IMG/VR virus record: IMGVR_UViG_3300010412_000002
Coordinates: 42,630-106,629 of that record
DNA from: a virus
Length of the DNA stretch: 64,000 nucleotides
Strand: one strand, 5' to 3'
Under the pieces are notes generated by a model that worked only from the letters and a program-made list of their open reading frames with translations, was not told where the DNA came from and did no database searches. The translations under genes were made by a program, and so were the position numbers. Below, in pieces: positions 19,280 to 27,738 of the stretch; the stretch's first letter is position 1, and the number at the start of each line of letters is the position of its first letter.

Positions 19280-20014
19280 ATGGCAATTATAATCACACCT
19301 TACGATATTTTAACAGACAATAACGCGGGTGTTGCGCCAACTACTGGAGGTACGTGGTCATATGTCGGCACTGGATCTACTGGTGCCGCACCACTTCCCC
19401 CTAATCCACCTGGTTTATACGATGGTACTCTAGATTTTACTGGGGTAACTAATGCTCCGGCAGGTACGTATATTTATCGATATACTGTTACTTCTGGAGG
19501 ATGTTCCGCTTATGCAGATCTTGACGTTTCTAACTTTGACCACATTATTGTAAAAAATGATGTGTGTGCATCTGCAAGAGAAATCGTATTCCCTTATAAT
19601 GGAGGAACCGCAACTTTGCCCAATCAGTTATTAGGTGAAGCATGCCCTGGCCAAATCCACCCAACTTACTCAGCAACTGCTACTCCTACTGAATGGGGTA
19701 GTGCGACATTTGTAGGAGATTTATGGTATGAATTAAACTATGATGCTACTTATCTGCCTGCTACCGACATTCCTATTGTAATGTCAATAACTGCGGATGG
19801 TATTCCTTACGGAAGTGAAGGAATTGTAGAACCATATTTAGCTGTCTATTCTTCTTGTACACCCGGTCTTGTAGAAGCAGATGTTCCTATTAGTGGATCA
19901 CAAAGCATCGATATAATCATATCGGATGTATTTACAAGTAACTTTACATACTACATTAGAGTAGCATGTGTAGATGGAAATCAAGGAAAATTTAATATTT
20001 CTGTAACAACCTAA
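19280..20014 (+). CDS. Ig-like protein with Bacteroidota surface-protein domains
   Basis: TTGGTWS...GTYIYRYTVTSGGCSA then NDVCASA...DLWY...LAVYSSC...TYYIRV. Confidence 0.65.
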   Translation: MAIIITPYDILTDNNAGVAPTTGGTWSYVGTGSTGAAPLPPNPPGLYDGTLDFTGVTNAPAGTYIYRYTVTSGGCSAYADLDVSNFDHIIVKNDVCASAREIVFPYNGGTATLPNQLLGEACPGQIHPTYSATATPTEWGSATFVGDLWYELNYDATYLPATDIPIVMSITADGIPYGSEGIVEPYLAVYSSCTPGLVEADVPISGSQSIDIIISDVFTSNFTYYIRVACVDGNQGKFNISVTT

Positions 20015-20016
20015 TA

Positions 20017-20310
20017 ATGGCTATCATATACACCACCCCTAGTGGTAATGTTCAAACATCTGTAAATACTGCTAATAGAAGGGATGATGGAACTAGCGGC
20101 TCGTCTTCATCAGGAGATAAGCATTATACCCATTATCAAGGTGTAGCATCTACAACATGGAATGTAACCCATAATCTAGGGAAATATCCTGCTGTGCAAG
20201 TACTAGATTCTGCTAAAAACCTAGTAACTGGAGATGTACAGCATATAGATCTAAATAATACCGTGCTCAGCTTTGCGTACGCTTTCTCGGGCTCGGCAAC
20301 TTTTAATTAA
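20017..20310 (+). CDS. Small fibre-associated protein (HNLG domain)
   Basis: ASTTWNVTHNLGKYPAVQVLDS...IDLNN...FSGSA, a common phage fibre module. Confidence 0.7.
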   Translation: MAIIYTTPSGNVQTSVNTANRRDDGTSGSSSSGDKHYTHYQGVASTTWNVTHNLGKYPAVQVLDSAKNLVTGDVQHIDLNNTVLSFAYAFSGSATFN

Positions 20311-20315
20311 AATAT

Positions 20316-22205
20316 ATGGCTCACTTATTTCACACTCCAATTGACCTTAATCAATTGGAAGTTTTAAACCCAACTTTTCAGTTGTTAGGATCGGCCCCGG
20401 GTACACCCGTTGAGGGCCAATTCTATTATAATACAACTGATGATGGAGTGTATTTTCGTAACGGGTCAGCTGCCTGGGAAAAGTTCGTAGGCACAATTAA
20501 TAACGTTGGTACTATTGCTGGAGCGGTAGACGGAGCCAATGATTATTTTGTAATCTACGATGGTTCTGCAAGTGCAAACGTAAAAGTAGCAGTAGACACT
20601 TTACTGTCTGATGTAGGACCATTTGAGAATGTTCTAACCTTCTCTAACGGCCTAACTCGCACAGTTGATGCAATTGCACTAGGTGGAACACTTACTGGTA
20701 ATACAACCATTAACGGAAGTACTAGTTATTACCTGGATGTAACTGGTAGCTCGGGTAGTATTGTTCCATTGCATGCTACTAACACTTCAACTGGTACAGC
20801 ATTACTAGCAACAGCTTCTGAATCATCTGCAATTGAATCAGTGATAGAAACTACCAATACTAATTCAGTTTACCAGAACATTACTCTTACAAGAACTAGT
20901 TCAGGAACTCCTGCAAATGGTATTGGTTCATCAATTCAATTTAATATTGAAACAACTGTTGCTACTCGCGCTGCAGGTTCTTTTCAAATGCTGTGGACAG
21001 ATGCTACAGATGCTACTCGTACTTCGGCAATTGATCTTTATACAACTAATTCTGGCTCAACTTCACGTAAAGTACGTATCGCGGGTTCTGGGCAGCTTAC
21101 GCTGGACGGCTATGGTACGGGTACTTTTACTGGTACCGATGCATATTGGCTTGCTGTAGATTCCTCAGGTAACATTATCGAAGAGGCAGCGCCAGGAGGT
21201 GTATCTGATACTTATTCTACTGTAACAGGTGACACTGGAACTGCTTCTGCTACTGGTGCAGAAACTCTTGATTTTTCCGGTGGAACTGGTATTAGCACTA
21301 CTGTAACTGCAGGTTCTCCGGATGATGTAACTATTGCAATTGACGTAAACTCAACTGTAGATTTTTCGGCTAGTACTCCTGTATGGACTTTTGGTAATGA
21401 AACTACCGCAGAAGGTTTGTTTGTAACTGGTACTCCCGTAGATGGAAACCACGTAGTTAATAAAACCTATGTAGATAATTTGGCTAGCGGACTTGATGGC
21501 AAAGCATCTGTTCTTGTCGCCACCACTGCTGATATTACTATTGCCACCGCACTTAATAGTGGGGATACTATTGATGGTGTACTTCTTGCTGATGGTGATC
21601 GCGTGCTTGTTAAGAACCAAGCTGCCCCAGCAGAAAATGGTATTTACGTAGTAGACGCTTCCCCATTCCGCGCAACTGATGCAGATGCTTGGGACGAGCT
21701 TGTCGCTGCGTATGTATGGGTAGAAGAAGGAACTGTTAATCAAGATACTGGCTGGCTTTGTACTGTAGATGCAGGTGGAACACTAAATACTACTGCAGTT
21801 ACTTGGACATTATTTGCCTCTGCAACTGCACTTATTGCTGGCGAAGGTCTTGCCAAGACTGGAAATGCAATTGATCTAGATCTCAGTGATCTTACTTCTC
21901 TTGGAGCTACCGCAGCTTTGGATGATACTTTGGGTATCTATGACACTGACGCTGTTTCTACAAAGAAAATTACTGTAGCAAATCTCTTAAATGCCCACAA
22001 GTATGCCACAACGACTAATGTTGGTACTGCTGAAGGTGCAGTGGTTGTAAACCACGCATTAAATAGTACTGATGTTATTGTTCAAGTATATGATACTTCT
22101 ACTAGCGATGTTATCACCATTGATATTGATATCACGGATGCTAACAACGTAACCATTCAAGCGTCGGGTTCAACTCGTTCTGTTCGTTGTATTGTAATGC
22201 GGTAA
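20316..22205 (+). CDS. Tail fibre protein
   Basis: PGTPVEGQFYYNT, VNKTYVD...KASVLVATT...IDGV.L..GDRVLVKNQ..ENGIY; C-terminal H-x-L-N..DVIVQVYD module. Confidence 0.85.
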   Translation: MAHLFHTPIDLNQLEVLNPTFQLLGSAPGTPVEGQFYYNTTDDGVYFRNGSAAWEKFVGTINNVGTIAGAVDGANDYFVIYDGSASANVKVAVDTLLSDVGPFENVLTFSNGLTRTVDAIALGGTLTGNTTINGSTSYYLDVTGSSGSIVPLHATNTSTGTALLATASESSAIESVIETTNTNSVYQNITLTRTSSGTPANGIGSSIQFNIETTVATRAAGSFQMLWTDATDATRTSAIDLYTTNSGSTSRKVRIAGSGQLTLDGYGTGTFTGTDAYWLAVDSSGNIIEEAAPGGVSDTYSTVTGDTGTASATGAETLDFSGGTGISTTVTAGSPDDVTIAIDVNSTVDFSASTPVWTFGNETTAEGLFVTGTPVDGNHVVNKTYVDNLASGLDGKASVLVATTADITIATALNSGDTIDGVLLADGDRVLVKNQAAPAENGIYVVDASPFRATDADAWDELVAAYVWVEEGTVNQDTGWLCTVDAGGTLNTTAVTWTLFASATALIAGEGLAKTGNAIDLDLSDLTSLGATAALDDTLGIYDTDAVSTKKITVANLLNAHKYATTTNVGTAEGAVVVNHALNSTDVIVQVYDTSTSDVITIDIDITDANNVTIQASGSTRSVRCIVMR

Positions 22206-22217
22206 TAAATTTTAACT

Positions 22218-24716
22218 ATGTCTAAGAAATACGCAACTACTATAGATGCAGATGGCTTGTTAGTAAACACTCCATCGTCTACTTCTACCAATGAAGTAAT
22301 AGCTAGATTCACCATATCAGATGCTTCTGGGAGTGAAGAACTTCGGATCGACAACCGTTCAGTATCTGATGGATCATTCTGGCCTTCTATTAATGCTTTA
22401 GGAACTACTAGTACTACGGCCATGTATGTAATGGGTACTAGTACAAGCGACAATTCCTCTGATAATGCTGTAATTAGACTAGGTGGAGTTAAAGTACCAA
22501 GCATAGCGGCTCCTTATACTAGCCGCACTTCATTTTCTGCTAGACCAATAGTACAGATTATGAATGGTACGGCTGCTATAACTGCTGTTGTTGGTTACGA
22601 CGGACAATGGACGTTGTCTCCTACTACTGCTTCCAAGGAATACTTGACTACTCGTGGCCATTTATCAGGAACAGAGGAACGATTTACCGTTCTTAACAGT
22701 AGTGAATCTTCTTGGGTTAATAGCGTGGCTGTATCTAACACGCAATCAGATATAGCAGGAATAACGTTGGCAAAAGCTGCTGGTACTACTTTATCAAGTA
22801 CTCCTACTGCAATTACCACGGGAGAATCAGTTGCAAGAATTGATGCCACAGGGTACTTTGGAGCTACTGCTGGGTGGAACACAAATGCTTCAATTGCATT
22901 CAATGTAGGTACAGTTACAACTGATACCCACATGCCAATGTCAATTACTTTCAGTACATCCAATCAGTTGGAAGGTAACCTAACAAGCGCGTTAGTTCTT
23001 CAATCAACTCAACAAGCTACACTTAGTCAATATGGATCTGGGACGTATACTGGAACTCCTGCTTATTACTTAGCGATTGACTCAAGTGGTAATATAATCG
23101 AAGAAACTGGAGGTGCAGGTGATGGCAATGGTATCTACGATGGAAGTGGTACTATTGGAGCAGCTGCTGTTGCAACTATTACAGGAACCTCTACGTTTAC
23201 GATTGATTGGTCAGATACTACAGATGCTTTATTATTTACAGATAGTACCAAAGTATTAAAATTCGATGGGGCTAGACTAGACATAGGTGGAGGAACAACT
23301 GCTCCCTCACTAAGATTCTGGGAACCATCAGGTAGTGGTTCTAACTATGTTGAGTTTAAAGCTATAGCTACTACTTCTGACCAAACTTATACTTTACCTG
23401 TAGCTTACCCATCTACTTCAGGTAGAGCATTAATATCCTCTACAGGAGGGGCTATGTCTTGGGCAACATTAGAAAACTGGGGAGACATCTGGGTAGTTAA
23501 TACTGATGGTAGTGTACAGGTTACTGCTGATCAGAATAACGATGGTATAACATATTATTCCCCAGACAATTCTATTCGTATGGTTGGTGACAATGCATAC
23601 GGTGGATTTAGTGATGATGCTATTACTTGGAGATTAGCAATTGACAAGTTAACTAACTCACTTACTTCGGGCACATTAGCTACTGGAGATCTTTTCGTAG
23701 TATGGGATCTGGATGCGAACGAAAATAAATATATTACCGCTAATGAAATGTCTTCCTACTTTGGAGGTGGAGGTGGTGGTATATATGGAGGTTCTGGAAC
23801 CATTGCTTCTGCGGCAGTAGCTACATTGACATCTAGTTCTACATTTACTATTGATTATAGTGGCGGAACAGATGCTATTACTATTACCGATACTACAAGT
23901 ACGATTCGATTAAACGGTTCTGCTATTTATATTGGAGGAGAAGCTTCTACTACTGAGATGAGATTTCTTGAAGCTTCTGGAAATGGATCAGAGTATACAG
24001 GATTTAAAGCTCCAGATTCCCTCGGAGCAAATCAGATGTACACGCTACCATCCGATACCCCTAATGATGGCGACGTATTAGAGTGGAATACAGGAGGGAC
24101 CCTATCTTGGGAAACAAGAGTAACTGGTCCAGGAGCTGTTACTGATAATACCATTGCTTTATTTAATGGTACTTCTGGAAATGCGATAGACAGTTCTGGT
24201 GTAACTCTTACAACAGCTACTGATCAATTTACTTTGACTAATGGTAACGCATCACTTATTGTTGACGATAATTCTGGTGGGGCAGGAGCACTTAGGCTGT
24301 CTATCAGCGCCACTGGTATCGCTCAAGTTGATGTTGCAGGATCTCCTGATGACATCGTTAGCAGGACAGCCTCTCAAACAATTACTAACAAATTTATAAA
24401 TCCTAGAGTATACAGTACAGCTAGCGCTTCCTCAGTTTCTATAGATGGTGGTTATGATCACTATCAAGTAACTGCTTTAGCAACTGGCTTAACTATTGAT
24501 GATACTATTGCTACTACTCCTGCTGCAGGGCAAAGAGTAGTATTAAGAATACAAGATAGTGGTAGTTCTCAATCATTAACCTGGGATCCAGGATTTGTTC
24601 CTGTCGGAGTAACGTTACCTACAGCAACTACTTCCGGTAAATTGCATTATTTTGGAATGATCTGGAATAATACAGATTCTGTATTTGATGTAGTTGCTTA
24701 TTCTGTAGAAGCTTAA
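22218..24716 (+). CDS. Tail fibre protein with internal 111-aa duplication
   Basis: S/T/G-rich beta fibre; GPGAVTDNTIALFNGTSG; SQTITNK; C-terminal GQRVVLRIQDSG..LTW..GVTLPTATTSGK adaptor-type domain. Confidence 0.85.
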   Translation: MSKKYATTIDADGLLVNTPSSTSTNEVIARFTISDASGSEELRIDNRSVSDGSFWPSINALGTTSTTAMYVMGTSTSDNSSDNAVIRLGGVKVPSIAAPYTSRTSFSARPIVQIMNGTAAITAVVGYDGQWTLSPTTASKEYLTTRGHLSGTEERFTVLNSSESSWVNSVAVSNTQSDIAGITLAKAAGTTLSSTPTAITTGESVARIDATGYFGATAGWNTNASIAFNVGTVTTDTHMPMSITFSTSNQLEGNLTSALVLQSTQQATLSQYGSGTYTGTPAYYLAIDSSGNIIEETGGAGDGNGIYDGSGTIGAAAVATITGTSTFTIDWSDTTDALLFTDSTKVLKFDGARLDIGGGTTAPSLRFWEPSGSGSNYVEFKAIATTSDQTYTLPVAYPSTSGRALISSTGGAMSWATLENWGDIWVVNTDGSVQVTADQNNDGITYYSPDNSIRMVGDNAYGGFSDDAITWRLAIDKLTNSLTSGTLATGDLFVVWDLDANENKYITANEMSSYFGGGGGGIYGGSGTIASAAVATLTSSSTFTIDYSGGTDAITITDTTSTIRLNGSAIYIGGEASTTEMRFLEASGNGSEYTGFKAPDSLGANQMYTLPSDTPNDGDVLEWNTGGTLSWETRVTGPGAVTDNTIALFNGTSGNAIDSSGVTLTTATDQFTLTNGNASLIVDDNSGGAGALRLSISATGIAQVDVAGSPDDIVSRTASQTITNKFINPRVYSTASASSVSIDGGYDHYQVTALATGLTIDDTIATTPAAGQRVVLRIQDSGSSQSLTWDPGFVPVGVTLPTATTSGKLHYFGMIWNNTDSVFDVVAYSVEA
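23130..24110 (+). repeat. Two 111-codon diverged repeats (23130-23462 and 23778-24110)
   Basis: GIYDGSGTIGAAAVATITGTSTFTIDWS...LRFWEPSGSGSNY..FKA...YTLP...GAMSW vs GIYGGSGTIASAAVATLTSSSTFTIDYS...MRFLEASGNGSEY..FKA...YTLP...GTLSW; same length. Confidence 0.9.
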
Positions 24717-24735
24717 ATATATTAATATATAAACC

Positions 24736-26013
24736 ATGTCTCTATTCTATACTCTTATTGTACCTTTTCTGGTTTCTTTTTTCTCAATTACAGAAGGCAC
24801 ATGGATTACGGATTGTGAAGTCCAAGATGCGTGTGCGGATGCTTGTAACTATACTGATAGTCCAGTATACGTTAATCAAGATTGTTTAGAGAAAGTTGCT
24901 AACCTATCTGATTGGTCAGATCTACAAGGAGATAACTGCGATACAGTATTCCTAAAACCTGGGGATTATACTGGACTTGGCAATCTTGAGTATTCTGATC
25001 TTAATTCAAACACGGTAGTACTGTATGGACTAACCTATCCTATGGGTTCCGGTACTACTTCTGCTGTGCGTATTCTTTCCTTCAATGATCCGGATTTCAC
25101 AGACTCAAAACTTGAGTTTGTTAATATCATCTTCGAGGAAGGAGTAAGCATCGCAGCTCAGCCTACATCTAGCTTTGGTTGGTTTAATGATTCCGACATT
25201 ACGTTTAACTGCTGCTTATTTGAAGATTATGGATTTTCCTCTACGGATGATCCGCAAAAAGCACAAGCTCCTGACATCGGGTTCTTTAGCTGCTATTTCG
25301 ATGCTTGTGATGTAGGAATTGCTTTTGGAAATGGCTATGTTAAAAACTGTATCTTCGATGCCTGTGGAGTTGGCATTGATCTCTATGCTGCACATCCAGC
25401 TAGTTACGATGCGGTTGGACATACTGTTGAACTTGACTCCCTAGTATTTATTGGCGATGAATCTGAAGCTGTTAATTACGCAGTTATAGATAACAGTGAA
25501 TATTATGGATACTACGATGAAAATGAAAATTGGGTAGATGCAGATAACATTAGTTATACTGAACTTACTAATTCTTCATTTATTGATATTGAAAAAGGAG
25601 TTACTCTAGATGCAGGAGTTGCACATGAATTTAACTACTATTTCTATCATCTATGGTTCTTACCTCTTAACGTTACTCCAAGTACCTATGGAGCTATTGA
25701 TCATCCTGAACTTACTTGGTCTGGATTTGGAACTAAGTCCAGTACTATTTCAGGTTGCCGATTTGTAGACTTTAGTAATGTTGCTCCTAATAATCTTTCT
25801 TGCGATTATCCAGATAGTCAGATTAACATGAGTAGCTCACTATTTGAATACTGCGGATCTGGAGTTTATAACTGGGTAAGTTGTACTGGAAATTACCATA
25901 GAAATTCTAGTTCTAATTGTAACTCAAGTGCTTATCCTTCTTCTTACACGTTTTGGTATCCTACCAATACTAATGTGAAGAACTCGGCAAAAACTTCTTA
26001 TACAATTAACTAA
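24736..26013 (+). CDS. Parallel beta-helix (pectin lyase-like) protein with hydrophobic N-terminus
   Basis: DTVFLKPGDY cap motif; coil repeats FNCCLFED, FFSCYFDACDVGI, VKNCIFDACGVGI, ISGCRFVD; 16 Cys; N-terminus MSLFYTLIVPFLVSFFS. Confidence 0.65.
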   Translation: MSLFYTLIVPFLVSFFSITEGTWITDCEVQDACADACNYTDSPVYVNQDCLEKVANLSDWSDLQGDNCDTVFLKPGDYTGLGNLEYSDLNSNTVVLYGLTYPMGSGTTSAVRILSFNDPDFTDSKLEFVNIIFEEGVSIAAQPTSSFGWFNDSDITFNCCLFEDYGFSSTDDPQKAQAPDIGFFSCYFDACDVGIAFGNGYVKNCIFDACGVGIDLYAAHPASYDAVGHTVELDSLVFIGDESEAVNYAVIDNSEYYGYYDENENWVDADNISYTELTNSSFIDIEKGVTLDAGVAHEFNYYFYHLWFLPLNVTPSTYGAIDHPELTWSGFGTKSSTISGCRFVDFSNVAPNNLSCDYPDSQINMSSSLFEYCGSGVYNWVSCTGNYHRNSSSNCNSSAYPSSYTFWYPTNTNVKNSAKTSYTIN

Positions 26014-26021
26014 TACAAGAT

Positions 26022-26060
26022 AGGGTGTGTTGGCCAAGGCAACTTGGCCTTACATTCTTA
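26022..26060 (+). terminator. Stem-loop with GCAA tetraloop after the beta-helix gene
   Basis: GGCCAAG-GCAA-CTTGGCC core, extended by AGGGTGTG/TACATTCT; weak U tract. Confidence 0.6.
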
Positions 26061-26073
26061 ACTTCTAAATAAT

Positions 26074-26775
26074 ATGGCAACAGAAACATTTACATCATCA
26101 GGTAGTTGGTCTAAACCTGCGGGAGTTACATCTGTATTCGTAGAATGCTGGGGAGCTGCTGGAGGAGGAGGTGCATCAAATAATACTTCAAATGGTGGTG
26201 GAGGAGGCGGAGGTGGTGCCTATGCCTCTGATACAGTTGCGTATAGTTCTGGAGCATCATCGGTAACTTATGTAGTTGGTACTGGTGGTGCAGGCGGTAC
26301 TGGCACAAGTGCTGGCATTAGTGGAGGACACACTTATTGGGGAGCATCTTTTGATGTATTTGCAAGAGGTGGATATGGTGGTGGAGGTACTGCAGGTGGA
26401 AACGGTAGTTCTGGAGCAGGAGGAGAAGATTCCCTTAGTGCAGGTTCTACAAAATACGCCGGAGGAGCTGGGTCTGCCGGAAACGGTGGAACATACGGAG
26501 GCGGCGGTGGCGGCGGTGGAGCTGGATCTACTGGAGCTGGTGGTACGGCTACTAGTACTGCAACTGGCGGAACTGGAACTTCTGAAAATGGGGGTGATGG
26601 CGGTAATGGAGGAATTGGAGCAGGAACCACTGGAAATAATTACGGAGGTGGTGGAGGTGGAGGCCGTAGAAGCGGTAGTCCATCATCAGGCCCTGGTGGC
26701 GATGGAGCTGGAGGTTATATTAGGATTACATATACACTTCCTACATCGACAGGAAATTTCTTTTTAGTACTTTAA
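26074..26775 (+). CDS. Glycine-rich (polyglycine-type) fibre-tip/adhesin protein
   Basis: TFTSSGSW..PAGVTSV.VECWGAAGGGG...VVGTGGAGG...GGDGAGGYIRITY; C-terminal GNFFLVL. Confidence 0.8.
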   Translation: MATETFTSSGSWSKPAGVTSVFVECWGAAGGGGASNNTSNGGGGGGGGAYASDTVAYSSGASSVTYVVGTGGAGGTGTSAGISGGHTYWGASFDVFARGGYGGGGTAGGNGSSGAGGEDSLSAGSTKYAGGAGSAGNGGTYGGGGGGGGAGSTGAGGTATSTATGGTGTSENGGDGGNGGIGAGTTGNNYGGGGGGGRRSGSPSSGPGGDGAGGYIRITYTLPTSTGNFFLVL

Positions 26776-26804
26776 ATAGCAATATAATATAATATTTATA
26801 AATT

Positions 26805-27068
26805 ATGAAACAGACTAATACTATTAATTTTTCGCAAAACGCGATTGAAACTATTGAACCTACTCTTGAAACTATTAATAAGTTAACTCAAGAGATTCTA
26901 AATCTAAATTCTCAATTAGAAGTTTTTATTAAAGGGTTTGCTTCCGCTCAGAATATTCCTGACGGAGCTGTTTTAAAGCTGTCACAAGATGGCAAACAAT
27001 TGCTTGTCTTCGAGAAAGAAATCGAAGAGCAAGAAGAACCCACAAAATCTAAAACTAAAAAGAAATGA
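26805..27068 (+). CDS. Small coiled-coil protein, possible fibre chaperone
   Basis: Heptad INKLTQEILNLNSQLE, charged tail, position after the fibre genes. Confidence 0.55.
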   Translation: MKQTNTINFSQNAIETIEPTLETINKLTQEILNLNSQLEVFIKGFASAQNIPDGAVLKLSQDGKQLLVFEKEIEEQEEPTKSKTKKK

Positions 27069-27736
27069 GTTTAAGAAATAATAGATATTTTACTCTCTGG
27101 CAAAACTCAGATGATAGAGAACTAATATTGCTAGATGACGTAAAGAACTTGCGCCATCTTGTAACTGCGTTAGATCCAGCTTTAGCAGATGCTGCGTTGG
27201 ACTACTTTGCAATTCATGACAGATCTTCTGGCCATGCAAAGCAATTTACTATTAATGATCTTGTTACCCTCTTAAGTACACTTGGTGTTGGTGGGGGAGT
27301 AATTCAGTATAATACTGGAGATGTAACAATCACAGCTTCTGACACAGGTGTAACAGCTAGTAGAGATGCAGTCAATGGCATCGTTACTATTACTGTTCCA
27401 GAAGATGTACACCTTTTCGGAGCCAACGTATATGGTGTTCAAACAGACACAGATTCATCTAACAACCTTAAAATCAAAGTTGTATATACTAATGAAACTG
27501 TTGTTAACCAAAATACTAGAACTGCAGATATTCCACAAGTAGAATTTGTCGATCTTACTATTCCTTACGCATCTAATGGCGGAGTAGTATCTGAAACATA
27601 TCCAGGTGTTTATGCTAAAACATCTGCAAAGGATGTTTCTCTAGTAACCGCAGAACTTGATGGTTCTGATGCAGTGCTCCAAGTTAAAGTAGAGAGCATT
27701 GTAGAAACTAACTTTTTAATAAAATTAACATTTTAA
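27065..27736 (+). CDS. Fibre-associated structural protein
   Basis: DYFAIHDRSSGHAKQFTINDL module shared with the fibre genes; ATGA-coupled. Confidence 0.6.
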   Translation: MSLRNNRYFTLWQNSDDRELILLDDVKNLRHLVTALDPALADAALDYFAIHDRSSGHAKQFTINDLVTLLSTLGVGGGVIQYNTGDVTITASDTGVTASRDAVNGIVTITVPEDVHLFGANVYGVQTDTDSSNNLKIKVVYTNETVVNQNTRTADIPQVEFVDLTIPYASNGGVVSETYPGVYAKTSAKDVSLVTAELDGSDAVLQVKVESIVETNFLIKLTF

Positions 27737-27738
27737 GA

